DNA of 64,000 bases, from positions 108,996,001 through 109,060,000 of the forward strand of contig NC_043005.1 of NCBI RefSeq assembly GCF_006345805.1, written 5' to 3'. The position numbers and the translations under genes are program-made. This DNA is from Octopus sinensis. Taxonomy: Eukaryota. The notes beneath the pieces are model-generated. The model was given only the letters and a program-made list of their open reading frames with translations. It ran no database searches and was not told the origin of the DNA. The stretch's first letter is position 1. Each line of letters begins with the position of its first letter. Below, piece by piece: positions 14,001-26,855 of the stretch.

Positions 14001-14317
14001 GCGATATATGTATATATGTATGTATATACAAAATATGGGGGTTTAATTCACAGGTGATCTAAACTATTAGGTACACTAGGTAAGTGCTGTAATGAATTTT
14101 TAGGGCTCTAAGGTTATAGCCAAAACAGTAGTTATAGAGCCATTGCAGATTTCTGATATAGTGAATATATAATTGTTAAAGAAGGCAACAAACTTTAAGG
14201 CAGAGCAAATATCTCAAATCATATACATTGTTATTATTGGGAAAAAAAAACATTTTCCTAATAATAATATGAGTTGAGATGTTTATATATATATATACAT
14301 ATATACACACACACACC

Positions 14318-14391
<74 letters not shown>

Positions 14392-14392
<1 letters not shown>

Positions 14393-14584
14393 GTAGGTCC
14401 CAGGTTGAGTCGGGGTTAACCACAGTAAATAAGGTACTCAATACATAGCAGAGTAAATTAATTTATTTTATAGAAGGAGCTTCTACAGGACTAGAACTGT
14501 TTCATTCTAATGAAATCAGGCTTCCTGATGATTTCATTTGAATGAAACAGTTCTAGTCCCGTAGAATCTCCTTCTATAAAATAA

Positions 14585-14585
<1 letters not shown>
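14392..14585. mobile_element. Family X palindromic HHR element, inverted relative to 13213-13388
   Basis: Same tail (…gagtaccttatttactgtggttaaccccg…gacctaca) and hairpin; plus-strand HHR 14519-14569 ggcttc CTGATGA tttcatttgaat GAAACAG ttctagtc ccGTA gaatct, with mismatches in stems I and III. Confidence 0.75.
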
Positions 14586-14654
<69 letters not shown>

Positions 14655-14729
14655 TATAATATATATATATATAATATATATATATAATATATATATATAT
14701 ATAATATATATATATATATGATAAATATA

Positions 14730-14900
14730 GGTGCAGGAGTGGCTGTGTGGTAAGTAGCTTGCTTACCAACCACATGGTTCTGGGTTCAGTCACACGGCCT
14801 TACACCTTGCGAGAGTGTCTTCTACTATACCCTTGGGCTGACCAAAACCTTGCTAGTGGATTTGGCAGATGGAAACTGAAAGAAGCCCATCATATATATG
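14730..14900 (+). mobile_element. SINE family A 5' half
   Basis: gcaggagtggctgtgtggtaagtagcttgc…ggttcagtc head (Pol III A/B-box-like) ending at the central microsatellite. Confidence 0.85.
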
Positions 14901-14924
14901 TGTGTGCGTGTGTGTGTGTGTATC

Positions 14925-15140
14925 TTTTATCTTTCATCTTTTACTTGTTTCAGTCATTGGGTTGTGGCCATGCTGGGGCACTACCTTGAAGGGTTTAGTT
15001 GCACATATCGACCTTAGTATTTATTCGTTTTCTATTGACTTATTCTAGCAATTGCTTTTTGTAAAACTGTCAAGTTACACAGATGCTAACAAACCAACAC
15101 CAGTTGTGAAACAGTGGCAGGGAACAAACATAAACACAAA
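14925..15140 (-). mobile_element. SINE family A-related 3' half, inverted
   Basis: ttttacttgtttcagtcatt…ggccatgctggggcac is the reverse complement of the family A tail. Confidence 0.7.
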
Positions 15141-15152
15141 GACACCCACACC

Positions 15153-15200
<48 letters not shown>

Positions 15201-15419
15201 ATAATCATCCTTATTATTGATTTTATGCCTACTTTTGATTGATGGCATGGGTTTGATGAAACATTTAGAAATATTCTATGCCCCGATATGATTTCTTTCA
15301 TGCTTTTCAAGTAAGGTATTCGTATTTCTCTGATCTTTCAAGACTACTGGAACTGTATAAACCACTAACTGTATCGTTTAGACAAAATGTAAACAAATAT
15401 CCTGTTGCTCATACACTGT

Positions 15420-15710
15420 CAATGTGAACACATGTGGAGCAAACATTTGCACATAGAACAGGCATAAATGCCACATAAAGCGCCCTTGCAATGCCACATA
15501 GAATCACTCATGTGGTACCACATAAAAGTGCCCATGTAAAAGCACCCAGCACACTCTGTAAAGTGGTTGGCATTGGTATTCAGCTATAGAAGCCATGTCA
15601 AATTAGACTGGATTCTGATGCAGCTCCCCAGCTTGTCATCTCTGGTCATATCGTCCAGTGCATGCCAGCATGGACAACAGATGTTAAATGATGATGATGC
15701 TGATGAGGGG
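15420..15710 (+). mobile_element. Family C RTE-type 3' tail
   Basis: gtaaaagcaccc…gtggttggcatt…catgccagcatgg…ttaaatgatgatgat. Confidence 0.7.
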
Positions 15711-15868
15711 AAGGATGATACAATATGTTTCCGTTGAGCTTTATTCAATCAAATTTCTAGCCCAAGACGACAGTGGAAGACACTTGTCCAAAGTGTTACA
15801 GAGTGGGATGGACCCCAAATCTAGTTGGTTGACCACAAATCCATACCTGCACCAATATATTAACTGTG

Positions 15869-16095
15869 GCAAGCTGGCAGAATCGTTAGCATACCGGACG
15901 AAATGCTTAGCAGTATTTCGGCTGCTGTTATGTTCTGAGTTCAAATTCTGCTAAAGTTGACTTTGCCTTTCATCCATTTGTGGTCAATTAAATAAGTACC
16001 ACTTACGCACTGGGGTCAATGTAATCGACTTAATCCCTTTGTCTGTCCTTGTTTGTCCCCTCTATGTTTAGCCCCCTGTGGGCAATAAAGAAATT
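15869..16095 (+). mobile_element. SINE family B with 15-bp TSD
   Basis: gcaagctggcagaatcgttagc…ggcaataaagaaat; TSD aatatattaactgtg at 15854-15868 and 16096-16110. Confidence 0.9.
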
Positions 16096-16222
16096 AATAT
16101 ATTAACTGTGTATTTATGCACTTAGATATGTGTGTATATATGTACATAAATATGAGTGCATGTGCATACATGCATACATGTACTTATGTATGCACATATA
16201 TATATGTATGTCAACTAATACA

Positions 16223-16607
16223 CGCAGGAGTGGTTGTGTGGTAAGTAGCTTGCTTACCAGCCACATGGTCCTGGGTTCAGTCTCACAGCGTGGCACCTTG
16301 GGCAAGTGTCTTCTGCTATAGCCTCAGCCAACCAAAGCCTTGTGAGTGGATTTGGTAGACGGAAACTGGAAGGAGCCCATTGTATATGTATGTATATGTG
16401 TGTGTGTATATGTTTGTGTGTCTGTTTGTCCCCCCAGCTTGACAACCGATGCTGGTGTGTTTACGTCCCCGTAACTAAGCAATTCGGCAAAGGAGACCGA
16501 TAGAATAAGTACTAGGCTTACAAAGAATAAGCTCTGGAGTCGATTTGCTCAACTATAAAGGTGGTGCTCCAGCATGGCCGCAGTCAAATGAATGAAACAA
16601 GTAAAAG
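16223..16607 (+). mobile_element. SINE family A full length (tRNA head; CORE/OR-type by recall)
   Basis: Complete head, gcaccttgggcaagtgtcttc core, central microsatellite and …gaaacaagtaaaag tail. Confidence 0.9.
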
Positions 16608-16923
16608 GCTATCCATACATACTCCATCAAGTCAGCCAATCAGTTCCACTTAATTGCATAACTTTTCAAAATACAAAACTGTTTAGCATCAAACCAGTGA
16701 AGCATAAAAAGTCTGTAGAATTAACTGGTTAATTACAAATGTAAATATAGTTCTTTACACTAACTGCATAAGACTCTTTCTGATTTCAAACGAAATAATA
16801 TTTTAAAAAAATCTCAATGCTTCCAGTTTCAAGATAAATTCAAATGACAACTGTCCATAATTCATGTTTACAAATCACAAATGTGAAAAGAGTGGATGTT
16901 ATTAAAATTATTTTAAGCATTTA

Positions 16924-17305
16924 GGTGTAGGAGTGGCTGTGTGGTAAGTAGCTTGCCTATGAACCACATGGTTCCGGGTCAGTCCCACTGCACGGTACCT
17001 TGGGCAACTGTCTTCTACTATAGCCTCGGGCCGACCAACACCTTGTGAGTGGATTTGGTAGAGGGAAACTGAAAGAAGCCTGTCGTATATATATGTTTCT
17101 GTGTCTGTGTTTGTCGCTCCAACATTACTTGACAACTGATGCTGGTGTGTTTACGTCCCCGTAACTTAGCATTTCAGCAAAAGAGACCGATAAAATAAGT
17201 ACCAAGGCTTACAAAGAATAAGTCCCGGGGTCGATTTGCTCAACTAAAGTCAGTGCTCCAGCATGGCCACAGTCACATGACTGAAACAAGTAAAAGAGTA
17301 AAAGA
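16924..17305 (+). mobile_element. SINE family A full length
   Basis: Complete head to (GTAAAAGA)n tail. Confidence 0.9.
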
Positions 17306-17729
17306 AGTAAGGAGTATGAACTCTAAATGTTCTGACTTGAAATATTTTAATGTTATTCTTAATTGTGCATTAAAATAATTCAATGAGTAAATAATTAATA
17401 GAGATAAAATCTGATTGTGTAAACATGTTAGTTTTTAATAATCAGTGAATATTTGCTAATCTTTTAATTTCATGAATGACTATATTTGCCTGTGGCAGAT
17501 CCAGTTAACGTTTTCTTGACTTCACATAACACAAATGGCTTCTTAATTATTTGAAGTGTTTGAAAGTCAGTGTTGTGATCTGTGAATTTGATTAAGATTG
17601 GTTAATAGCTGAGAATTTCTCATGGGCGGTAAATGAAGTGATTCTCATGTTGATACACGGCAGTGAGAAATATCTTAGACTTAGGGAATCTAAAGTAAAA
17701 TATATGTTAGAGCTTCTATTTTGATTAAC

Positions 17730-18430
17730 ATTAACTGTGTGAATTGGTGCATTGTCATCCCAGAATATGGCACTACCACCAGGGAACAATGCTTGTACCA
17801 TAAGATAATGATGATTAACCAAAATATTAGATAACCCTTTGTGTTAACTTTGTCATGTAGTATATGTTTGTGTGTCTGTTTGTCCCCCCCAGCATCGCTT
17901 GACAACTGATGCTGGTGTGTTTACAACCCGTAACTTAGCAGTTTGGCAAAAGAGACCGCTAGAATAAGTACTAAGTTTAGAAAAAATAAGTCCTGGGGTC
18001 GATTTGCTTGACTATAAAAGTGGTGCTCCAGTATTTAGATATGTGTGTATGTATGTACATAAATATGAGTGTATATGCATACATGCATACATGTATACAT
18101 GTACTTATGTATGCACATATATATATATGTATGTATGTCAACTAACAGGCGCAGGAGTGGCTGTGTGGTAAGTAGCTTGCTTACCAACCACATGGTCCTG
18201 GGTTCAGTCCCACTGCATGGGACCGATTCCATATGGTTGCTCAAATTATCACAGAGTTACCTTTATGCCAAACAGTTAGTCAAAGGCTTGTTTGGGGGTG
18301 TTTCCAGACTTAAATTCGCCAAGAAGTGGGGGAAAAAAATGAAGTATGATTCATTAGTGAAAATGACATTGTTTCATTGAATCATTGACCTCTTCTGATG
18401 GCCTAAACGTAATTTATTCTGCTTTTCTAT
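17730..18430 (-). mobile_element. Tc1/mariner transposase remnant split by an insertion at 17863-18222
   Basis: Minus strand NVIFTNESYF (first D of DD34E, WxNVIFSDES-like) and SVII*ATIWNRS, resuming LHDKVNTKGY…MVQALFPGGSAIFWDDNAPIHT (DDNAPIH motif). Confidence 0.8.
17863..18222 (+). repeat. Rearranged local copy of the 16122-16570 SINE-A locus
   Basis: SINE 3' half, then the unique 5' flank of the 16223 copy (ttagatatgtgtgtat…gtcaactaa), then the SINE head. Confidence 0.75.
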
Positions 18431-18602
18431 GAAGATGAGGGACAGGAGAGGTTTTAGCAAATGCAGCTGTCCCATGGTATCCAGCTTTGTGAAATTAACA
18501 ATGAATGGTTTTGGATTTTGTCCTTTACTTAAGTGTCCAGTCTTGTCTTATAGTCACACTGATTTTGTCAGAGAATTACATTCATGGTACACATATCTGT
18601 GA

Positions 18603-18834
18603 AGGTGGCAAGCTGGCAGAAATGTTAGCCCACTGGGCAAAATGCTTAGCGGTATTTCGTCTGCTGCTATGTTCTGAGTTCAAATTCCACCGAGGTCGAC
18701 TTTACCTTTCATCCTTTCAGGGTCGATAAATTAAGTACCTGTTATGCACCGGGGTCGATATAATCGACTTAATCCGTTTGTCTGTCCTTGTTTGTCCTCT
18801 CTGTGTTTAGCCCCTTGTGGGTAGTAAAGAAATA
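18603..18834 (+). mobile_element. SINE family B with 17-bp TSD
   Basis: TSD ggtacacatatctgtga (18586-18602) / ggtacacacatctgtga (18835-18851). Confidence 0.9.
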
Positions 18835-18879
18835 GGTACACACATCTGTGATACACTCTCTCCCTCTCTCTCTGTGATC

Positions 18880-19300
18880 GTTACCAGTGTCGCCTTACTG
18901 GCACTTGTGCCCATGCTAGTAGGGTGCAAAGAGCACCATCCGAGTGTGATCGTTGCCAGAGCGGCTAACTGGCTTCCATGCCAGTGGCACGTAAAAGGCA
19001 CCATTCAAGTGTGATCGTTACCTGTGTCGCCTTACTGGCACCTGTACCGGTGGCATGTGTAAAAAGATTCGAGCGAGGTCGTTGCCAGTACCGCCTGACT
19101 GACACCACCCCAATGGCACGTAAAAAGCACCCACTACACTCTCAGAGTGGATGGCGATAGGAAGGGCATCCAGCTGTAGAAACTCTGCCAGATCAAGATT
19201 GGAGCCTGGTGCAGCCATCTGGTTCGCCAACACTCAGTCAAAATCGTCCAACCCATGCTAGCATGGAAAGCGGACGTTAAACGATGATGATGATGATGAT
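18880..19300 (+). mobile_element. Family C RTE-type 3' tail with internal subrepeats
   Basis: Repeated gcaccat…gtgatcgtt…actggc units; ends ccaacccatgctagcatggaaagcggacgttaaacgatgatgat. Confidence 0.85.
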
Positions 19301-20178
19301 ACATACATACATTAAAATACACATGTGCAAATGATACCCACATTCACACTTATATGTGCATATCTATCTATCTATCTATCTATCTATATATATATATATA
19401 ATTATAAATTAGGGTATCTACGAGATACCACCCTGCTGAAAATAGCAGCCATGAACCGACTCTAAAACCACTTTAAGTTTTCATACAGCAACATAGAGAA
19501 AAGACAAAGTGACAAGATGAAACTAGTAAAAAATTACAGGATAATTCTAGATCCCGGATTTCTGATTTTGCATTTAGAAATGCTTTGCCTCATCAGTAGA
19601 ATACACTCAGAAAGAAACATAAATACATATATGTATATATATATATATATATATATTTGCATTAGTCTTCTCTAATATAAATGCAAGCTCACAAACCAGA
19701 GAGGAATCTAGTTGATTTGAACTCAAGGTATAAAGAGATGCAACAAAACATTTCACATTATTTACTTCCAGATTCTCTCCCAGCTTACCTACATCCCCCA
19801 TTCTCGAAATAAGCATACATTATATCATATTATATTATATTACTTTATATTATATTTTATTTCATTTATGTGTTTTGGCATGTGTATTGTATATTACTGA
19901 TTATTTGCATATGTATTGTTATAATGTCTACAGCAAACATTAGAAACTAGACGGCTATGTTCATACAGCTACAATAGATTATTTTACACTGATATCATAC
20001 AAATACCAATATGATTGCAGAAATATAAGTACATATAAGAACATACATATGCACATATTCACATTTGTAAACATACATATAAAATACATTCGTGTATCTT
20101 TATGTAAGTCTATAATAAATAACAGCAATAGTACATACATACATTATATATATATTATATACATATATATATATAATA

Positions 20179-20209
<31 letters not shown>

Positions 20210-20322
20210 GTGATATATATATATATATATATATTAATATATATAATCATATATATATATAACATATATATATATATATTCATATATTACACATATACAC
20301 ATATATATATATATGTATATAA

Positions 20323-20365
<43 letters not shown>

Positions 20366-20840
20366 TACGTATACAGTTGTATACATTTGCAGCCAAATAT
20401 CAAGTATTTGCATGATAAAATCCGAAATGAGTTCATACCGACTTCAAATTGACTGCCATGTGAAATTATATGGCTCACCGATTTTGAAAATGTTTGGCAT
20501 TTTCTCATATGCTTCTCGATATTTTGTTTTTATTTCTTTAAACATATTTTTTTTGTTTTTGTTTTCTTTCGTGCTTGTTTTAATGTTTTTTTTTTATTTT
20601 TACCTCTTGGTTTGTGAAACTATCAAAGAGACCGATATTATGTTTTGTAACAGATGTTGGCAGCTGACGAGTGCATCTCTAGAAACCAGGACAATAGCAA
20701 GTTGGCTTATGTATGCATGTATGTATATTGTCTAACGATATTTGCAATATATATAGACATATATATATGTGTGTTTGTGTGTGAGAGAGAGTATGCATGT
20801 ATATGCATTTATTATATATATACATATGTATGTATATATA

Positions 20841-20884
<44 letters not shown>

Positions 20885-21230
20885 AGGCATATACATACGT
20901 AATACACACACACAGACATATATATACACAGATATGTGTTAGTGTATATATGTAATGTATGTTTTATTTGTTGTCACATAATGGACAATAAAATCTTATT
21001 TTGTAACAAACAAGTACACAAAAACATATATATTAAGAAATCAAGCTACACATGCATGCATATTTATGTGTGTTTGTATGTATGTATATATGTGCATACA
21101 CATTTATGTGTGCATACATATTTATGTGTGTACATGTGTGTATGTATATATGTACATACATGCACATATATATACACACACAAATTTCATAAATAGTTAC
21201 CTCTGTATATATTGTGGAGGGTATTTGTGC

Positions 21231-21265
<35 letters not shown>

Positions 21266-21504
21266 GATAAATAGATAGATATATAGATAGATATATAGAT
21301 AGATAGATCTGTGAATGTGTGTGTTTGCAAATATATATATATATATATATAAATAACCAGGCATTCACCCATGAACCAGCAAGGCTTGATAACATGTACA
21401 ATGCTTTCATTAATTGTGTTAGGTGCCTTTGTAGATGTGATCAGACACAGACATCCTCTTCAATATTCCCCTCTTTGATTGAGCTGTCACATCCACGATG
21501 TGAG

Positions 21505-21625
21505 TAGTGATAGCTGAGTAGACTGGAGCAATTTGAAATGAGGTTCCTTGCTCAAGATCAGCGCATGTAGCCGAACCCAAGGATTGAACCAGTGATATAA
21601 TGATTTTGAGGCAAACACTGTAATC
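21505..21625 (-). mobile_element. Decayed tRNA-derived SINE fragment (same family as 55785)
   Basis: gctgagtagactggagcaatttgaaatgaggttccttgctcaag resembles the reverse complement of 55870-55915. Confidence 0.5.
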
Positions 21626-22699
21626 ACTACGTCATTTACTTTCACACACACACACATTTACTTTACCAATTTTCCTGAAACTTTGGGCTCCAAAGCTTTT
21701 CCAAATTCCTGATTTTTGGGAACCAGAAGTGGGAGTTACCTTCATCAGCACTAGATTAAATGAATACCAAATTTAATTAGATAATTGAATGAAACACAGG
21801 TACCTGTAAATTAGTATAAATGATGCAATTTTATTAATACTGTACTGTGCAAGATACTAGTTTGTGCAAGGTACCAGTATACTAGTTTGGTGTCTGATGG
21901 AATTTGAAATTCTTGCTCATGATTTAATGTAGATTATAAGAGGTTCCAGACCAAAGATGGTGTTGTACCTGTGTATATATGTTGTATTTTGTATGTGTGT
22001 GTTTGTATGTGATTGGGTACTCTTCGTAAGCCAAAAACAAATGTGCTCAATAAATGAAAACAACAATGAAAAGTTTTATGTAATGATTATATAAGCTAAT
22101 TAGATAATGGAATGATCAAATTCATGCAAGAAAATCCTTTGGATGTGTCTGTTTGGATCTGAAACAGTCTGAAATTAAAAGGCAGCAGAGGAAGTTATAG
22201 TCAGTTCTGTTTTGCATGCCGCGAAATAATATAATACACAACTTTTTTTTTTTATATTATTATGGAAAAATTGTTTTTAGTGTAATGCTAATAATTAAGG
22301 ATTCGGGTCTGACAAGAAATTTACCCCTTGGAGTGAAAACGGCTGTAACTTGAATGCTATAAGTGTGGAAGTTAAAGAAGGATAGAAAGAGTTAAAGAGA
22401 GAAACGAAGAAAGGAAGGAAAAAGTAAAAGAAGGAATGATAGAAGAAAAGGGTAAGAGTAGAGAGAGCAAAAGAAAAAATAGAATGATTGATATAAATAC
22501 TGAAAGAGATAAACAGGGAGGGAACTTGTGAGACAGAAAGGTAAGACTTTGGAAAAGGAAAGGATGGATGACAAAAAAAAAAAGAAAGAAAGAATAAAAA
22601 TAAGAAATATTTGTAGGAGAGGGTGAAATGGAAGGCTAGGATCTGAAGAAAGATCAGGCAGTGAGGAGTAATTGGAAAGATAGATCGGTAGCCACTACA

Positions 22700-22860
22700 A
22701 ACATTTTTTCTCTCCTTGTTTCTTTCTGTGTTCCTTTCTGCGGAAGAGTGTAGGCTTGAAACATAAAAGACTTTTTCAATTCCTGAGCATTATACTAATA
22801 CATCTGTTTGTTTTGTACACCACCTGTCTTTGTCTTTTGTTTTTTCATGAGTTCTCCCTA
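22700..22860 (+). mobile_element. Family E short HHR-remnant element
   Basis: 22734-22769: cttt ctgcgga a gagt gtag gctt GAAAC ata aaag; ends in (TA)n directly before a family D copy. Confidence 0.6.
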
Positions 22861-22874
22861 TATATATATTCAAA

Positions 22875-23085
22875 ATGTGATGTGACCGTGTGTGTACCGT
22901 TGGCGATTTTTTTTCCTCTGTCTTCCCTTCTCTGGATCTTTCCTTCTCCTATGTTTCTGACGAAGAGCTCCACTCGAAACGTTAAACCCTCCTTCTTTCC
23001 TTCTTTCCTGAGCGTCCAATAATACTATATTTGTTCCACGTCCTCGCATTGTTGTGTTTTTTTGTGCTTTCTTGTTTGGATTAAC

Positions 23086-23086
<1 letters not shown>
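22875..23086 (+). mobile_element. Family D short HHR element (about 210 bp), ends ggattaact(TA)n
   Basis: Three homologous copies in the window (13803 minus, 22875 plus, 30162 plus). Confidence 0.8.
22953..22987 (+). ncRNA. Minimal type I hammerhead (dimer-type stem III)
   Basis: gttt CTGACGA a gagc tcc actc GAAAC GTT aaac: intact core, palindromic ACGT stem III, GUU triplet, stem I gttt/aaac. Confidence 0.7.
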
Positions 23087-23132
<46 letters not shown>

Positions 23133-23134
23133 AT

Positions 23135-23415
23135 TCTTTTATTTGTTCAGTCATTTGACTGCAATCATACTGGATCACTGCCTTTAGTCAAACAAATCAA
23201 CCCCAGGACTTATTCTTTTGTAAGCCCAGTACTTATTCTATTGGTCCTTACTGCCAAACCACTAAGATACAGGGACATGAACACACCAATATCGATTGTC
23301 AAGCAATGATAGGGAGACAAACACAGACACACAAACATATACAAACATACATACATACATACATACATACATACATACATACATACATACATACATACAT
23401 ACGTACATACATATT

Positions 23416-23473
<58 letters not shown>

Positions 23474-23620
23474 ACGGGCTTTTTCATTTTCTGTCAACCA
23501 AAATCCACTCACAAGGCTTTGGTTGGCCTGAGGCTATAGTAGAAGACACTTGCCCAAGGTGCCACCCAGAACCATGTGGTTGATAAGCAAGCTACTTACC
23601 ATGCAGCTACTCCTGCACCA
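23135..23620 (-). mobile_element. SINE family A full length with expanded (ATAC)n/(TA)n centre
   Basis: Reverse complement of the tail at 23135-23330 and of the head at 23470-23620. Confidence 0.85.
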
Positions 23621-23622
23621 AT

Positions 23623-23665
<43 letters not shown>

Positions 23666-24466
23666 CATTATATCAATCAAAATATACAAGACTATAGATC
23701 CATTACACCCGATCTTGCCAGTCTGAGTCGCACTGGGTATCAAAATTGGATATTAGATAACAGCATAGTTACTTATACTACATGTTCTTCAAAGATAGCA
23801 GGTATAGAAAAAATATAGCATCTGATATCTAACCATGCAATTATCTAACATGTAGTCTTAGTGCCCAGTGCATAACCATTTAGTAAGATTGGTTGTCAAG
23901 GATCCATAACTGCATACTATTATCAATATATCCACTCTGTTGACAAATGTATGAGTGCATCACTTTTCTGACTTATGGACTCTTAGATTATACATATGTA
24001 TATATACATGTGTGTGTGTGTATTTTGTGTGTGTGTGTTTGTGTGTGTGTGTGTTTGTGTGTGTGTATAGTCACTTTAACAAACAAACAATTCAAAAGAC
24101 AAATAAAATATAAAGAGAGAAAAAATGAAAAGAGAAAAAAAAGAAGAAAACGAATGACAATAGTGTGATACTAGACATAGCTGTAGTTCACTCCTTGCAA
24201 TATATAGAAAAATAAGGGACATACTGTCACTGTTCCTGCCACAAGCAAACTAGCTAGACAAGAAAATATCAGTTTTTATACTGAGAAGTAATTTTAAAGC
24301 AGCCTAAACACTGCTGTTCTTTAGGAACCAATAATACTGCTATTTTAACCTTGGGAGGACGCCTCCTCCAGCTGGTTGTGCAGTGCACTCTGCACTCAGT
24401 ATATATTGCAAGAGGGCAGAGAACTCTCTAATGCTTTTGCTCTGAGACCACTAATATATATATATG

Positions 24467-24695
24467 TTTCTTTATTACCCACAAGGGGCTAAACTTAGAG
24501 GGGACAACAAGGACAGACAAATGGATTAATTCGATTACATCGACCCCAGTGCGTAACTGGTACTTAATTTATCGACCCCAAAAGGATGAAAGGCAAAGTC
24601 GACCTTGGTGGAATTTGAACTCAGAATGTAGCAAAGAGCAAAATACTGCGAAGCACTTCATCTGGCATGCTAATGTCTCTGCCAGCTCGCCGCCC
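24467..24695 (-). mobile_element. SINE family B with about 20-bp TSD
   Basis: TSD tgagaccactaatatatatat / tgagaccattaatatatatat. Confidence 0.9.
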
Positions 24696-24767
24696 TATGA
24701 GACCATTAATATATATATTAATGAGATCACTAATATATATATTATATATCACTAATATAAATATATA

Positions 24768-25178
24768 GGCGCAGGAGTGGCTGTGTGGTAAGTAGCTTGC
24801 TAACCTACCACATGGTTCCGGGTTCAGTCCCACTGCGTGGCATCTTGGGCAAATGTCTTCTACTATAGCCCCGGGCCAACCAATGCCTTGTGAGTGGATT
24901 TGGTAGATGGAAACTGAAAGAAGCCTGTCATATGTATGTATGTATATATATATATGTATGTGTGTGTGTTTGTGTGTCTGTGTTTGTCCCCCTAGCATTG
25001 CTTGACAACCGATACTGGTGTGTTTACGTCCCTGTCACTTAGCGGTTCGGCAAAAGAGACCGATAGAATAAGTACTGGGCTTACAAAGAATAAGTCTCGG
25101 GGTCGATTTGCTCTACTAAAGGTGGTGCTCCAGCATGGCCGCAGTCAAATGACTGAAACAAGTAAAAGAGTAAAAGAG
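24768..25178 (+). mobile_element. SINE family A full length
   Basis: Complete head to tail. Confidence 0.9.
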
Positions 25179-25574
25179 TATATATCCAATATCCACCCAT
25201 ATGTCACATCTTTCTCTCTTGATGCTATTCTCCATCTGGTATTGTTAATCGGTTCGGCACCAACTCCTTAGCTCATATTTATCATCGACACACTCCTGCA
25301 TTGATCTTCGTTCATTATTCAGTAGATGTTTCATCATTCGAGCCTCATTTCTTATCATCCTTCACTCTCCATACACACGTGCTACTTCCATTTACCTTTA
25401 CTTCCTGTTCTTCTGCCCGTTCTGACTCCTCATCACCACCATTTCCATTTCTTTTTCCAGCAGCACATAATTACACCAACCCATTGTAGTTCACACTGTG
25501 ATCTTCTATGTATCTCTTCTATAGCAAGATACCTGTTTTGGTCCCGTCTTTCATACTCTAATATATCATCATGT

Positions 25575-25809
25575 GAGGGCAGCAAGCTGGCAGAGTCGTT
25601 AGCACGCCAGACGAAATGCTTAGCGGCTTTTCGTCTTCCGCTACATTCTGAGTTCAAATTCCGCTGAGGCTGACTTTGCCTTTCATCCTTTCGGAATCTA
25701 TTAAATAAGTACCAGTTACCGCACTGGGGTCAATTTAATTGACTCGATCCTTTTGTCTGTCCTTGTTTGTCCCCTCTATATTTCGCCCCCTGTGGGCAAT
25801 AAACAAATA
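25575..25809 (+). mobile_element. SINE family B with 15-bp TSD
   Basis: TSD aatatatcatcatgt (25560-25574) / aatatatcattatgt (25810-25824). Confidence 0.9.
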
Positions 25810-25832
25810 AATATATCATTATGTAGTTCCCA

Positions 25833-26133
25833 AACGTGGTTCCCAAACTTTTTCAGGCTTCTGACCCCTTGGTTCTAAGGCCACATTTCTAGTATCCCCA
25901 CCACCACACTCATCATCACAGACACAAATCATTTTCGATAACAAATTCAAAACAGCAGAATTTCACAATTAAATCTTAATCTAATTAACCCTTGATTTTC
26001 TTTGTCTTTTTTTGTTTCTTTTTACATTCATTGCTCCGTTTTAGTCACCCCCATTATTGCCCCATTTCTCTTCAATACACCTCTGAAGCTTTCCCCAGGT
26101 GGAGGGCGGTACTGCCCACTTTGAGAACCACTG
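25833..26133. mobile_element. hAT-like MITE
   Basis: Ends cgtggttcccaaac / ctttgagaaccactg, of the CAGTGGTTCYCAA TIR type. Confidence 0.6.
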
Positions 26134-26257
26134 ATGTTCAGTGTAATACTGTCTCCCTTTCCACTGTAACTAGCTGAGCCAAAAGAGACACCCAGTAATG
26201 TTAGTGCTTCAAAACAAGCATCATAATACTCGGTAAAGTAGTTTGTTTTAGGAACAC

Positions 26258-26855
26258 CATCATCATTGTTCGACCGTGGTCGAGACAATGGAATTTACCA
26301 TGCTACGCCAGACTTCACGGTCCATCATGGCATTACGGAGGTCCTGTTGCTGGATGCCTGTATCCCTGGAGATTACATCAGGGTAGGAGAGTGTGCACCC
26401 TCTGGTATCACGAGTAGATGGCTTCCAGAGAAGAGTAGAAATTGCCTCGTTTTCAGCTCTACAACAATGTCCAGCAAACCGGACTCTCCTAACTTTCACA
26501 AGAGATGACACGGGTGGTAGTTTCCCATATATTTGCATTTTGGTTGGATGGCGCCTCCACAAGAGATTTTGAGCTCTCATAAGGAGGCAAGTGTAGGTTC
26601 CATCCAACCGCCTCTCAAGCTTCTTTGATAACGTCCAGGTTTCTGAGTCATATAGTAGAATTGTTTCGACGCTGGCTTTGAATATTTCAAGTTTCTACTT
26701 AGATTTGATGACCAGATCTTATGCATGTCATTACAGGCTGACCAGGCCATTCCCTTTCTAGTTAGAAAATCTTTTCCAGATGATGATATGTAAGACCCAA
26801 GATATTTGTAATCAGAAACCATATTTGAGGGCGCATTCTTGAGAGTATTTAGGAA
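26258..26855 (-). mobile_element. 5'-truncated RTE-clade LINE (RT C-terminus)
   Basis: VSDYKYLGSYISSSGKDFLTRKGMAWSACNDMHKIWSSNL and RHPTKMQIYGKLPPVSSLVKVRRVRFAGHCCRAE…DREVWRSMV, ending in a tgatga tail. Confidence 0.85.
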
